Positions 22,239 to 33,457 of a stretch of 64,000 bases of DNA are shown one piece after another. The position numbers and the translations under genes were made by a program. Origin of the DNA: a virus. Within the stretch, counting starts at the first letter, position 1. The number at the start of each line of letters is the position of its first letter. The stretch is taken from the IMG/VR virus record IMGVR_UViG_3300047157_000073, positions 1 to 64,000 of that record; one strand, written 5' to 3'. The notes below the pieces were generated by a model. It did not search any database and was not told where the DNA came from. It was given only the letters and a program-made list of their open reading frames with translations.

Positions 22239-23051
22239 ATGGCAGTACCAACAAGTAAATCAACATTTGCATCATATTGTAAAAGAGCTCTAGGATTCGG
22301 TGTCATTGATATTAATGTATCAGATGACCAAGTGGATGATAGAGTAGATGAGGCACTACAATATTTTGCTCAATATCATTATGATGGTGTTGAAAAAATG
22401 TATCTAAAATATCAGATTACTGAAGCAGATATTACAAGAGCTCGTGCAAACACTACAACAACATCTGCTGATTCAGTAGACAGTTCTATTACTGGTAGTT
22501 TTAAAGAAGGTAATAATTTTATACCTATGCCATCCTCTGTTGTATCTGTAGTTCAAATATTTAATTTTGATGAGGCTCAAACAAATAGTATGTTTGATAT
22601 TCGTTATCAATTAAGATTAAATGACTTATATGATTTTTCATCAACATCAATTATACATTATGAAATGACTATGCAACAATTAGATATGTTATCACATATA
22701 CTTACTGGTGAAGTTCCAATTCGTTTTAATCAACATCAAAATAGATTATACTTAGATATGAATTGGGAAGAAGTGACTGCAGATGAACATTTAATTATAG
22801 AATGTTATCGTAAAATAGACCCAGCAACATTTACAGATATCTTTGATGATATCTATTTAAAAAGATATGCAACAGCATTAATTAAAAAACAATGGGGAGC
22901 AAACCTCTCTAAATTTAACGGAGTAGCAACTTTAGGTGGGGTAACAATGAATGGTGAACAAATTTATTCTCAAGCAATCGAAGAAATACAAAGACTAGAG
23001 GAACAAATTCAATTATCTTTCGAAACACCTATAGACTACATGATAGGATAA
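22239..23051 (+). CDS. gp13: neck protein
   Basis: YCKRALG..VIDINV..DQV.DR.DEA; LIKKQWGANLSKF.G..GGVT.NG. Confidence 0.9.
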   Translation: MAVPTSKSTFASYCKRALGFGVIDINVSDDQVDDRVDEALQYFAQYHYDGVEKMYLKYQITEADITRARANTTTTSADSVDSSITGSFKEGNNFIPMPSSVVSVVQIFNFDEAQTNSMFDIRYQLRLNDLYDFSSTSIIHYEMTMQQLDMLSHILTGEVPIRFNQHQNRLYLDMNWEEVTADEHLIIECYRKIDPATFTDIFDDIYLKRYATALIKKQWGANLSKFNGVATLGGVTMNGEQIYSQAIEEIQRLEEQIQLSFETPIDYMIG

Positions 23052-23055
23052 GGTT

Positions 23056-24071
23056 ATGGCAGTCAATAAGGCTTTTCATACAAGTAATAGTACGGCTATT
23101 ACATCAGAAAAAAATCTGTATAGTGATTTAGTAAAAGAGGCTATACAAATTTTTGGTCATGATGTTTATTACATAGACAGAACAACTGTTGCTATTGATA
23201 ATGTTTTAGGTGAAGATTCACTTAGTAAATTTACTACACAAGTTCCTATTGAAATGTATGTTGAAAATGCTGAAGGTGGATACGAAGGTGAAAAAGAATT
23301 GATGACACAATTCGGATTAGAAAATAGAAACGAATTAACCTTAGTAGTACACAAAGATAGATTTCAAGATTTAACAAAACAAATACAAATAGAAAGTGAT
23401 ACAGATACTACAGGTGGTTCTATATTATTAGAATCTGGTACAATCGACCAATCATCAGACCATCTGTTTTAGAAACTGTAACAACAGGTAGTGATTTTTA
23501 TTTACTTACAGAAACAGATGCAGCAAGTACAGATAGACCATACGAGGGTGATTTAGTTTATCATCCCATACTAGGTAAAATATTTGAAGTTAGTTTTGTA
23601 GACCATGATGAACCATTTCATCAATTAGATAATAATCCAATTTATAAATTAAATTGTAAACAGTTTGAATATTCATCTGAAGCACTTGATACAGGTATTA
23701 CAACTATTGATAGTATAGAAGATACTGAAAGTAGAAACACAAGAGATTTCGAATTTACATTAGAACAATCAACTGCTCAGAACGAAGAAATAAATATACA
23801 ACATGCTAGAAGTAATTTTGGTTTACTACTTGAAGAAACTTCTGGTGATAATATAATTGGTGAAGATGATGAAACATCAGTAGGTACAAGTATACTATTA
23901 GAGAATGATGCTGATTCAGGTGATGATTCATACCTATTAACAGAAGACTATATAGTAGGAGATTATGTGCAAGATAAAACTGCACAGAATGAATTATTTG
24001 ATTCACTAGATGATAATGTATTAGACTTCTCAGAATCTAATCCATTTGGTGATGCAGGAGTATTTGCATAA
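23056..24071 (+). CDS. gp14: neck / head-closure protein (frameshift near 23460)
   Basis: LVKEAIQIFGHDVYY; RPYEGDLVY; FHQL..Y.L.C..FEYS; ends LDFSESNPFGDAGVFA*. Confidence 0.85.
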
Positions 24072-24880
24072 TGTTAGGAAATAGACAATTTTATCACGAA
24101 ACAGTTAGAAGTATTATTGTAGGGTTTGGTACTCTATTTAATGATATACATGTGGTTCGTAAAAACAATAGTGGTGTAGTTACACAATCTATGAAAGTAC
24201 CTTTGGCATATGGGCCAAAACAAAAATGGTTAACAAGACTTGACCAAGATGCAGGATTAGATAGTAAGGTTGCAATCACATTACCTAGATTAGGTTTTGA
24301 AATACAAAACTTAACATATGACCCTGCAAGAAAATTAAATCGTGTACAAAAATTTAAAAAAGTAAAATCAAGTGCAAGTAATGCTGATAAAATGGATTCA
24401 CAATATATGCCTGTTCCTTATAATTTAAATATACAATTATATGCAATGGCAAAAAATTCTGATGATGCTTTACAAATGGTAGAACAAATACTTCCATATT
24501 TTCAACCAGACTATACTTTAACAATTAAAGACATGGAAGCCATGGGTATTGCAAGAGATATTCCTATTGTATTAAATAGTATTAATTACGAAGATAATTA
24601 TCGTGGTGATTATACAGAAAGAAGAGCAATCATGTACACTTTAGATTTTACTACTAAGTTTTATCTATACGGCCCTGTCACATCTAGTAAAGTTATTAAG
24701 ACTGTACAGGTTGACCAATATACAGATATGCCAAGTGCAGCTCCTAAGAGAGAACAAAGATATACTGCTACACCAAACCCAACATCTGCTGATGCTGATG
24801 ATGATTTCGGATTTAATGAAACAACATCTTTTTATCAAGATGCTAAAAACTTTGACCCAGAAACAGGTGAAGATAAGTAA
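24071..24880 (+). CDS. gp15: tail sheath stabiliser / terminator
   Basis: FYHETVR..FGTLFNDI; KVPLAYGPKQK; EQILPYFQP. Confidence 0.9.
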   Translation: MLGNRQFYHETVRSIIVGFGTLFNDIHVVRKNNSGVVTQSMKVPLAYGPKQKWLTRLDQDAGLDSKVAITLPRLGFEIQNLTYDPARKLNRVQKFKKVKSSASNADKMDSQYMPVPYNLNIQLYAMAKNSDDALQMVEQILPYFQPDYTLTIKDMEAMGIARDIPIVLNSINYEDNYRGDYTERRAIMYTLDFTTKFYLYGPVTSSKVIKTVQVDQYTDMPSAAPKREQRYTATPNPTSADADDDFGFNETTSFYQDAKNFDPETGEDK

Positions 24881-25128
24881 TGAAAACTTTTAAAAAATTA
24901 AAAGAAGATATAGAAATTACCGATAAAACAGGTAAAGCTTTAGATGTTGCTCAAAGATATTATAAAACATATAAAAATACAAGAAGAAGTGCTCCAGAAA
25001 TAATTAAAAAAGGTATAGGTAAATTTATACTAAAAGGAACAGATGAAGATTTAGTTGCTGATATATTAACTGATAAGTCTATAGACAGTTTAAAAAAAGT
25101 TAATGTCAAAGCTAAAAAGGTGAAATAG
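24880..25128 (+). CDS. small basic hypothetical protein, possibly an internal head protein
   Basis: 82 aa, coupled by TAATG; N-terminus MKTFKKLKE. Confidence 0.55.
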   Translation: MKTFKKLKEDIEITDKTGKALDVAQRYYKTYKNTRRSAPEIIKKGIGKFILKGTDEDLVADILTDKSIDSLKKVNVKAKKVK

Positions 25129-25130
25129 TT

Positions 25131-25553
25131 ATGAGTAATAAAACAAAAGACATTCTAGATGAAATTCTAGATGTCGAAGAATCAACTGCAGAGCTTGTTG
25201 AAAAAAAACCAAATACTCTTACAGTTAAAAGAGATGATACCCTTGAAGATGTTGATACTGATTATAAATATCAGAGAGAGAACTTTTATAATCTAATTGA
25301 AAGGGGTCAAGATGCAATAGATGGTATACTAGATGTTGCCAAAAATTCAGACCACCCCAGAGCATTTGAAGTCGCAGGTAATCTTATTTCACAAGTTGCT
25401 GATGTAACAGAAAAACTTGGAAAGTTACAGTCGGCTATGAAAAGGTTAAAAGAAGTTCCAAACAATGCACCAAAAAATGTAACGAATGCATTGTATGTAG
25501 GTTCTACTGCTGAACTACAGAAGTTACTAAAAAAAGATAAGGAGAAAAAATAA
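25131..25553 (+). CDS. gp16: terminase small subunit
   Basis: DYKYQRENFYNLIERG; HPRAFEVAG; NALYVGSTAELQKLL. Confidence 0.9.
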   Translation: MSNKTKDILDEILDVEESTAELVEKKPNTLTVKRDDTLEDVDTDYKYQRENFYNLIERGQDAIDGILDVAKNSDHPRAFEVAGNLISQVADVTEKLGKLQSAMKRLKEVPNNAPKNVTNALYVGSTAELQKLLKKDKEKK

Positions 25554-25675
25554 TGGATTTATCTTTTATAACAGCAGACTTATTAAATGATATAAGTTGG
25601 TTTGATGGTATAATTTATATTATACTAGGTCTTGTAGTATATGCTGCAATAAGGTACATCAATAAAAAAATCTAA
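25553..25675 (+). CDS. 40-aa single-pass membrane protein (not in ORF track)
   Basis: MDLSFITADLLNDISWFDGIIYIILGLVVYAAIRYINKKI*; TAATG overlaps at both ends; SD aggag. Confidence 0.6.
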   Translation: MDLSFITADLLNDISWFDGIIYIILGLVVYAAIRYINKKI

Positions 25676-27318
25676 TGGCTACCGATGTCAATCAATATCT
25701 AGGTAATCCGCTCCTAAAGAAAGCTAATGTTCCTGTAGAGTTTACAAAAGAACAGATACAAGAATATCAGAAATGTATGGATGACCCTATTTACTTTATA
25801 CAAGAGCATATGAAAATTGTATCTCTTGATGAAGGTCTTGTGCCATTTAATATGTATGACTTTCAAAAGAACATGGTACAAACATTCCATGATAATCGTT
25901 TTACAATCTGTAAACTTCCTAGACAGTCTGGTAAGTCAACAACAATTATTGCATATCTTTTACATTATGTTTTATTTAATCCAAATGTAAATGTTGCTAT
26001 ACTTGCAAACAAATCATCTACTGCTAGAGATATACTAGGTAGATTACAATTAGGATATGAGAATCTTCCTAAGTGGTTACAACAAGGTGTTGTGTCATGG
26101 AACAAAGGAAGTTTAGATTTAGAGAATGGTTCAAGTATACTTGCAGCATCCACATCGGCAAGTGCAATTCGTGGTGGTTCTTATAACATCATATTCCTTG
26201 ATGAGTTTGCATATGTACCAGCAACTTTGGCTGAAGAATTTTTTAGTTCTGTATATCCTACAATATCATCTGGTAAATCTACAAAGGTAATGATAGTATC
26301 TACCCCACATGGTATGAATATGTTTTATAAACTATGGACAGATGCACAAAGTAAAAAGAATGATTACATACCAGTAGAAGTACATTGGTCAGAAGTACCA
26401 GGTCGTGATGAAGTATGGAAAGAAGAAACAATACGAAATACATCACAGTCACAATTTAACTCAGAGTTTGAATGTGAGTTCTTAGGTTCTATTGATACAC
26501 TAATTGCTCCACACAAATTAAAACAGATGCCTTACATTGACCCAATACAAAGTAATGCAGACTTAGATATATTTGAAAGACCAGACCCAAAGAAAACTTA
26601 TTTTCTTACTGCAGATGTTTCACGAGGAACATCACAGGATTATTCAGCATTTTTAGTTTTAGATGTAACAGAAATGCCATATAAGGTAGTTGCCAAATAT
26701 AGAAACAATGAAATCAAACCTTTAATATTTCCACAAAAAATATTAGAAGTTGCAAAGGCATATAATGAATGTTTTGTATTAGTTGAAGTAAATGATATAG
26801 GAGAACAGGTTGCAAATGCTTTACAATATGATTTAGAATATGACAATCTAGTCATGGCATCTATGCGAGGTCGTGCTGGACAGATACTAGGAGCAGGATT
26901 CTCTGGTGGTAAGGCACAGTTAGGAGTAAGGACTACTAAGGCAGTCAAAAGAATAGGATGTTCTAATTTAAAACAATTAATAGAATCAGATAAACTCTTA
27001 ATACCAGACTATGATATCATGAGTGAATTATCTACATTTATTGTAAAAGGTTCTTCTCATCAAGCAGATGATGGTTGTACAGATGATTTAGTTGCATGTC
27101 TATTCATATTTGCATGGGCAGTTGACCAAACATATTTTAAAGAATTAACTGATAATGATATCCGAGAAAGAATGTATGCTGAACAGAAAGAACAATTAGA
27201 ACAAGATATGGCTCCATTTGGATTTATAGATAATGGAATAGATGAACCAGAGGTTGAAATAGATGAATATGGAACTAGGTGGACTACAGTAGTTAGAGAC
27301 CATAATTCAGATTGGTAG
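25675..27318 (+). CDS. gp17: terminase large subunit
   Basis: YLGNPLLK; Walker A PRQSGKST; IFLDEFA; VSTPHG; nuclease domain ADVSRG..DYS; DDLV. Confidence 0.95.
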   Translation: MATDVNQYLGNPLLKKANVPVEFTKEQIQEYQKCMDDPIYFIQEHMKIVSLDEGLVPFNMYDFQKNMVQTFHDNRFTICKLPRQSGKSTTIIAYLLHYVLFNPNVNVAILANKSSTARDILGRLQLGYENLPKWLQQGVVSWNKGSLDLENGSSILAASTSASAIRGGSYNIIFLDEFAYVPATLAEEFFSSVYPTISSGKSTKVMIVSTPHGMNMFYKLWTDAQSKKNDYIPVEVHWSEVPGRDEVWKEETIRNTSQSQFNSEFECEFLGSIDTLIAPHKLKQMPYIDPIQSNADLDIFERPDPKKTYFLTADVSRGTSQDYSAFLVLDVTEMPYKVVAKYRNNEIKPLIFPQKILEVAKAYNECFVLVEVNDIGEQVANALQYDLEYDNLVMASMRGRAGQILGAGFSGGKAQLGVRTTKAVKRIGCSNLKQLIESDKLLIPDYDIMSELSTFIVKGSSHQADDGCTDDLVACLFIFAWAVDQTYFKELTDNDIRERMYAEQKEQLEQDMAPFGFIDNGIDEPEVEIDEYGTRWTTVVRDHNSDW

Positions 27319-27627
27319 TTACAAAAAGGTTGGGTCTAGTAAATCGTTTTCAATCTTAATCATACAATTAGAACATACTATCTTAGATGAATCTATTAGT
27401 CTTTTCACAGTTTTTCTACTAGTATCATTCATACCTACTCTTTTAATAGTCTTTCTTATCTCTTTATCATGAGGATAGAATCTTAAACAAGCTATTTCAG
27501 GTTCACCACAATGTACACATTTTGTATTTTCTAAATACTGATTTAAAGAAGAAACTCTTTTACGATAATTTCTTTTTGTTACTTCTTTAATAGTTTTTTT
27601 GTATTTTTTATAATGTTCACTAGACAT
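27319..27627 (-). CDS. small Zn-finger / degenerate HNH-like protein
   Basis: CVHCG..C...CSNC; own late promoter on the minus strand. Confidence 0.6.
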   Translation of the reverse strand: MSSEHYKKYKKTIKEVTKRNYRKRVSSLNQYLENTKCVHCGEPEIACLRFYPHDKEIRKTIKRVGMNDTSRKTVKRLIDSSKIVCSNCMIKIENDLLDPTFL

Positions 27628-27632
27628 AATTC

Positions 27633-27640
27633 TATTTATA
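27633..27640 (-). promoter_or_regulatory. late promoter TATAAATA (minus strand)
   Basis: tatttata on the + strand immediately upstream of the 27627 start. Confidence 0.6.
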
Positions 27641-27683
27641 TGTTTAGTAACATATAAAACTTAATTCTAGAATATGATTTTTT

Positions 27684-27691
27684 TATAAATA
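27684..27691 (+). promoter_or_regulatory. late promoter TATAAATA
   Basis: Exact consensus upstream of gp18. Confidence 0.75.
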
Positions 27692-27740
27692 TAATCAAAG
27701 AACATAAAGAATAAACTTTATAATTAATAGGAGTAAGTCA

Positions 27741-29747
27741 ATGGCGTTTTTAGTGTCACCAGGCGTACAAGTAAATGAAGTCGATTTAACCAATGTTGTA
27801 CCTGCCGTTGCAACTAGTATTGGTGCAATTGCTGGAGCTTTTGAAAAAGGACCAGTATCATCAATCGTTAATATTTCTAGTGAGGAAGAACTAGTAGAAA
27901 TATTCGGTAAACCAAAAACAACTGGTAATCAATTCGAAACATTTTTTAGTGCCGCAAACTTTTTAAAATATACAGATTCACTTAAAGTGGTTAGAGCAGA
28001 GAGTGCTATAGTAAATGCTGGAGCAAACTCTGGTATACTAATCAGAGATTTAGACCACTATGATGCAAGTTTCTCAACAGGTCAAGGTTCTCATGGAGAA
28101 TGGGCTGCAAGAACTGCTGGAACATGGGGTAACTCATTAAGAGTAGAAATATGTCCAAGTGCAACTGCATACGAACAGGATTTAAGTACAAATAACTTAG
28201 TAAACCAAGCAGATGTTGCTGTAGGAGATACAACTATTGTAGTAGATGATGCTGATGGTTCAGGTTATGCATTTAATGTAGGTGATTTAATATCATTCTA
28301 TTCAGATACAGCAAACACAGTATCAGTAGATGACTTTAATGAATATCAAGTAACTGCAATCAATACATCAACAAATGCACTAACAGTCAGATTAAAAGAT
28401 GACCCAAGTGGTGCTGGTTTACAAACTGCAATTCCAAACGATTCTAAAATCAAAAGACGCTGGAAATATGCTGATTTATTTCAAGGTGCTCCTGGCACAT
28501 CAGACTATAATACAAACAATGGTCGTGGTACAGGTGATGAACTACATGTAGTCGTTGCTGATGCTGATGGTTTAATAACAGGATTCGATACAGATACAGC
28601 TGGAAATAGAACAAAAGCTGTTATCGAAACATTTGGTAATATGTCTAAGAACTCATCTGCTAAATCACCACAAGGTGATAGTATTTACTACCCAGATGTA
28701 ATTAGAGCTAAATCAAATTTCATTTATTGGACAGACCATATAAGTGCTGGTAGTAATTGGGGAACTGATACTACAGCCGCTTATACAGCTGTCACAACAA
28801 CAACAATAGATACTCTAACAGGTGGAACAGATGACTATTCTACTACTGCTGGAGAAATCGAACTTGCATATGATAAGTTTAAAGATACAGAATCAGAAGA
28901 TATTAATTTAGTTATCGGTGGTTCATCAAGTATCGTTGCTGATACATCTACAGGTCATGATACTCATGTTACAATGATTACTCAACTAGTAGAAGGTAGA
29001 AAAGATTGTGTTGGATTTGTTTCACCATATCGTTCTGCTACAGTCGGTGTCACAACATCTTCTAAACAAGCAAGTAATGTAAGAGTTGCTGCTGACTTAT
29101 GTCCAAGCTCATCTTACATGGTATTCGATAGTGGATATATGTACATGTATGACAAATACAATGATGCTTATAGACATGTACCTCTAAATGGTTCAACTGC
29201 TGGATTATGTGCCAATACAGATAATGTTGCTGACGCATGGTTCTCACCAGCTGGATTTACAAGAGGAACAGTTAGAGGAGCAATCAAATTATCATTTAAC
29301 CCAGACAAGGCTGATAGAGATGTTCTTTATCAAGCAAGAGTTAACCCTGTTGTTAACTTCCCTGGTCAAGGTGTGACTTTATTCGGTGATAAAACTGCTC
29401 AAACTAAACCAAGTGCTTTTGACAGAATTAATGTTAGAAGACTATTCTTAGTATTAGAAAAAGCAATTGCTACAGCTGCTAAGTTTCAACTCTTTGAATT
29501 CAATGATGAATTTACAAGAGCACAATTTAGAAGTTTAATTGAACCTTTCCTAAGAGATGTTCAAGGCCGTAGAGGTATTACAGACTTCTTAGTCAAGTGT
29601 GATGCTTCAAATAACACAGGTAGTGTAATTGATAGAAACGAATTTGTTGCAGACATATTTGTTAAACCTGCTCGTTCTATTAACTTCATTACATTAAACT
29701 TTATTGCTACTCGTACAGGTGTTGCGTTTAGTGAGGTGGGAGGTTAA
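27741..29747 (+). CDS. gp18: tail sheath protein
   Basis: SPGVQVNEVDLT; WFSPAG..RG; LFGDKT..SAFDRINVRRLF; KPARSINFITLNF. Confidence 0.95.
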   Translation: MAFLVSPGVQVNEVDLTNVVPAVATSIGAIAGAFEKGPVSSIVNISSEEELVEIFGKPKTTGNQFETFFSAANFLKYTDSLKVVRAESAIVNAGANSGILIRDLDHYDASFSTGQGSHGEWAARTAGTWGNSLRVEICPSATAYEQDLSTNNLVNQADVAVGDTTIVVDDADGSGYAFNVGDLISFYSDTANTVSVDDFNEYQVTAINTSTNALTVRLKDDPSGAGLQTAIPNDSKIKRRWKYADLFQGAPGTSDYNTNNGRGTGDELHVVVADADGLITGFDTDTAGNRTKAVIETFGNMSKNSSAKSPQGDSIYYPDVIRAKSNFIYWTDHISAGSNWGTDTTAAYTAVTTTTIDTLTGGTDDYSTTAGEIELAYDKFKDTESEDINLVIGGSSSIVADTSTGHDTHVTMITQLVEGRKDCVGFVSPYRSATVGVTTSSKQASNVRVAADLCPSSSYMVFDSGYMYMYDKYNDAYRHVPLNGSTAGLCANTDNVADAWFSPAGFTRGTVRGAIKLSFNPDKADRDVLYQARVNPVVNFPGQGVTLFGDKTAQTKPSAFDRINVRRLFLVLEKAIATAAKFQLFEFNDEFTRAQFRSLIEPFLRDVQGRRGITDFLVKCDASNNTGSVIDRNEFVADIFVKPARSINFITLNFIATRTGVAFSEVGG

Positions 29748-29749
29748 TC

Positions 29750-30286
29750 ATGGCACAGATAGATGACTTTAAGGCAAATTTAATTGGTGGCGGATATCGT
29801 ACCAATCAGTTTCGTGTAACAATTACACCACCACCAGGTATTTCAATAGGACTAGATGTTAGAAGAACTTCTTTTCTATGTAAAGGTACTACATTACCTG
29901 CTATTACCATAGCACCATTACCAATAAGTTATAGAGGTAGACAAATCCAAATTGCTGGAGATAGAGATACTTCAGGTACTTGGGATACAGAATTTTACAT
30001 GGACACAGACTTCATGATTATGAACGCACTACAAAGATGGTCAAATGGTATCAATGACTTTGATACTAATACAGGTGTTAACTCATTAGCAGATTATGCT
30101 ACAGACTTAACTGCTGAAATGTTAGATAGAGATGATACAGTATTAAAGACATACATCTTTAAGAATGCATGGCCTACTACTGTTGGTGCTCCACCTGCAT
30201 TAGATTCTTCAGCTGGAACAGCAATTGGAGAATTTTCATGTACTTGGCAGTATCAAAACTACTCACTTAGTGGTGTGAACTTCTAA
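29750..30286 (+). CDS. gp19: tail tube protein
   Basis: GG.R.NQFRV; YRGRQ..AGDR; NAWP; follows the sheath gene. Confidence 0.9.
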   Translation: MAQIDDFKANLIGGGYRTNQFRVTITPPPGISIGLDVRRTSFLCKGTTLPAITIAPLPISYRGRQIQIAGDRDTSGTWDTEFYMDTDFMIMNALQRWSNGINDFDTNTGVNSLADYATDLTAEMLDRDDTVLKTYIFKNAWPTTVGAPPALDSSAGTAIGEFSCTWQYQNYSLSGVNF

Positions 30287-30304
30287 AACAGTCTTTTTTT
30301 ATCT

Positions 30305-30312
30305 TATAAATA
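30305..30312 (+). promoter_or_regulatory. late promoter TATAAATA
   Basis: Exact consensus upstream of gp20. Confidence 0.75.
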
Positions 30313-30336
30313 AAAGACAATAAAGGAGATTTTATT

Positions 30337-31890
30337 ATGGCAGAACTATTTGGTTTTAAATTTGAGAAAATCAAAGACACCAAAAGTCAAGAAAAATTTA
30401 CAGTACCCCCAGCAGATGACGGCACAGTCGAAATAGCAGGGGGTGGATTTTTTGGTCAAGTATTAGATACAGACGGCAGAGAAAGAAATGAGGTTGACTT
30501 AATCCGTAGATATCGTGAGATTTCACAACAACCAGAGTGTGATTCGGCGATTGAGGATATAGTTAATGAAGGCATTGTATCCAATGAAAGAGACCAGGCA
30601 GTATCTATTGTTCTTGATAGATTAGAATATACCGAATCAATTAAAAGAAAAATTCGTGGAGAGTTTGATACTGTATTGTCACTTTTAGATTTTGATGTAA
30701 AAGGACATGACATTTTTAGAAGATGGTATATTGATGGTAGAATTTTTTATCATAAAGTAATTGATAAAAAAAATCCAAAAAAAGGTGTCGTTGAAGTACG
30801 ATACATAGACCCTAGAAAAATTAGAAAAGTAAGACAGGTTAATAAAGATAAAAAACCTGGTACATCTTTAGATATCGATAAAAGGTGTAGAAGACTTTTA
30901 CTTATATAATGATAAAGGATTAAGTGCAGGACAACTAAACGAAGGTATTAAAATTGCAGATGATTCTATTACATATGTACCATCTGGTTTAATTGACCAA
31001 AACAAAGGTCATGTACTTTCACACTTACACAAAGCAATCAAACCTGTAAATCAATTAAGAATGATTGAAGATTCTGTAGTTATATACAGAATATCTAGAG
31101 CCCCTGAAAGAAGAATATTTTATATTGATGTAGGTAATCTTCCAAAGATAAAAGCAGAACAATATCTAAAAGATGTTATGAATCGTTATCGTAACAAACT
31201 AGTTTATGATTCTTCTTCTGGTGAGATTCGTGATGACAGAAATCATATGTCAATGTTAGAAGACTTTTGGTTACCTCGTAGAGAAGGTGGTCGTGGTACA
31301 GAAATTACTACACTACAAGGTGGACAAAACTTAGGTGAGATAGAAGATATAAAATATTTCCAAAACAAATTATATCGTTCATTAAATGTACCTATCTCTA
31401 GAATGGAAGCTGAAAGTGGTTTCAGTCTTGGTCGTTCAACAGAGATTACAAGAGATGAATTAAAATTTACTAAGTTTGTACAAAGACTAAGAAAAAGATT
31501 TACACCTATATTTACTGATATGTTAAAAGCTCAATTAATTCTAAAAGGTATTGTTACCTTAGAAGATTGGGATAAAATGAAAGAACACATTCAGTATAAC
31601 TTTTTACAAGATGGTCATTTTGCTGAATTGAAAAAAGCAGAATTGATGCAAGATAGATAAATAACTTAGGTTCTATTGAATCATATATTGGAACATTCTA
31701 TAGTAAAGAATGGGTACAAAAAAATGTATTGAATATGACAGATGCTGAAATTGATGAAATGAAGAATCAAATTAATAAAGAAGCTGGAACTGATGTTGAT
31801 GATGGTGGAATAGATATGCCAGATGCTACTGATGGTATTACAAGATACCCACAAGATGCGACAGGTGGATTTATATCACCAGAAGATTAG
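30337..31890 (+). CDS. gp20: portal protein (frameshifts near 30875 and 31657; 3' end uncertain)
   Basis: PECDSAIEDIVNE; FRRWYIDGR; YIDPRKI; YRISRAPERRIFYIDVGNLPK; EDFWLPRREGGRGTEI. Confidence 0.9.
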
Positions 31891-31929
31891 AAGGTGAATC
31901 TGATGGTGTAAATAATAAAGGAGATAACA

Positions 31930-32115
31930 ATGGCGGAAACTAAAGATATAATAGATGCTTTATCCGATGGTGATAACTTAGGTGCTGAAACAGCTTTTAA
32001 AGATACAATTTCTTCAAAGGTAGCAGATGCACTAGAAACAAAAAGAAAAGAAGTAGCAAATACATTTGTTAAGTCTTCTGTCACACAGGATGAGGGAGAT
32101 GGCGATAAAGTTTGA
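31930..32115 (+). CDS. prohead core protein-like (gp67 position)
   Basis: 61 aa acidic helical ORF after the portal; SD aggag. Confidence 0.55.
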   Translation: MAETKDIIDALSDGDNLGAETAFKDTISSKVADALETKRKEVANTFVKSSVTQDEGDGDKV

Positions 32116-32347
32116 TTCTTTTTATAAACCTTTTTTAGAAAAAGATGAACATAAGAAGTCTAAAGAATATAGGAAATTATCCCCTAAGATGAAATCTGCG
32201 GTGGATGATATCTTTAAGGTTATGGATGCGAAACCTAATGATTTCCTAAATACTTTCGATAAAACAATAAAAACAGTAAGTAAGAAGAATAGGGTTCGTG
32301 AAAAGGACTTAATTTCGTACTTTGAAAAAGAAGTACTGTCGATTTAA
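32099..32347 (+). CDS. hypothetical head-region protein
   Basis: ATG at 32099 with SD gaggga; MAIKFDSFYKPFLEK. Confidence 0.55.
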   Translation: MAIKFDSFYKPFLEKDEHKKSKEYRKLSPKMKSAVDDIFKVMDAKPNDFLNTFDKTIKTVSKKNRVREKDLISYFEKEVLSI

Positions 32348-32361
32348 TAGGAGTTTAATTA

Positions 32362-32781
32362 ATGTCATTCGTAACAACAACATTAAGAGATACAATAGTA
32401 AATGCTGCTGGAGCTGGTGGAACTGTCACAGTTAAAGCAATATTTGACAATGATACTGCGGATAACTTAATTCTTGATGCACATACTTTAAGTGGTTTTG
32501 CAAATGGAGCAAAATTAGATTTATCTAGAGCATGGTGGGGATTAACACAAGGAACTGCCGCAGCCAATACAGGTGATTGTATCATTAAATTTATTGGAGC
32601 ATCTGCTAATGTAGTTGCATTACAACTTGCTGGAAGTGGCCACTATGATGGTTCTGCAGGTTTGATTTTAGGAAGTGCTACAAATACAACAGCAACATCA
32701 TCTGATATAAATGCACAAACAAGAGGAACATCTGGTTTCGTTATATTAGAATTTAAAAAGGATGCTAACTACACAACATAG
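32362..32781 (+). CDS. conserved head-region protein
   Basis: 139 aa, SD aggag; ends VILEFKK. Confidence 0.55.
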   Translation: MSFVTTTLRDTIVNAAGAGGTVTVKAIFDNDTADNLILDAHTLSGFANGAKLDLSRAWWGLTQGTAAANTGDCIIKFIGASANVVALQLAGSGHYDGSAGLILGSATNTTATSSDINAQTRGTSGFVILEFKKDANYTT

Positions 32782-32789
32782 AGAGAATT

Positions 32790-33455
32790 ATGAGTAATAA
32801 AGTAAAATTAATATCCGAAGAATTTGCAAGTGATGTAGAATACATTACCGAAGAAAAAGAAAACGGAAAGAAAGAATATAAAATTAAAGGTATCTTTATG
32901 CAGGCTGATATTAAAAACAAGAACGGCCGTGTGTATCCAATGGAAATACTTCAAAAAGAAGTTAACAGATATAATAAAGAATTCATCAAAGAGAAGCGTG
33001 CCTATGGTGAATTAGGACACCCAGAAGGTCCAACAATAAATTTAGAAAGAGCTTCTCACATGATAACTGCACTTTACCCTGACGGTAAAAACTTTATAGG
33101 AGAAGCTAAGATACTTGCAACACCTATGGGTGAAATCGTTAAGACCCTTATGGATGAGGGAGCTAAACTTGGTGTTTCTTCAAGAGGAATGGGAAGTTTA
33201 GAACAAAAGAAAGATGGTAGTAATTATGTGAGAAATGATTTTTATCTAGCTACAGCTGCTGATATCGTTTCAGACCCCTCTGCTCCTAGTGCTTTCGTTG
33301 AAGGTATCATGGAAGGTAAAGAATGGGTATGGAATCATGGAGCACTTGTGGAATCTGAGTTAATGGAAGCGAAAGAAAGAATCAACTCTAGAATTCGGAA
33401 AAAACAAGCATTAGAACAAAATTTGGAGTTTGCTAAATTCCTCAAATTGTTATAA
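32790..33455 (+). CDS. gp21: prohead protease
   Basis: GIFMQ..KNKNGRVYP; GELGHP; GVSSRGMGS; ADIVSDPSAP.AFV. Confidence 0.95.
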   Translation: MSNKVKLISEEFASDVEYITEEKENGKKEYKIKGIFMQADIKNKNGRVYPMEILQKEVNRYNKEFIKEKRAYGELGHPEGPTINLERASHMITALYPDGKNFIGEAKILATPMGEIVKTLMDEGAKLGVSSRGMGSLEQKKDGSNYVRNDFYLATAADIVSDPSAPSAFVEGIMEGKEWVWNHGALVESELMEAKERINSRIRKKQALEQNLEFAKFLKLL

Positions 33456-33457
33456 TG

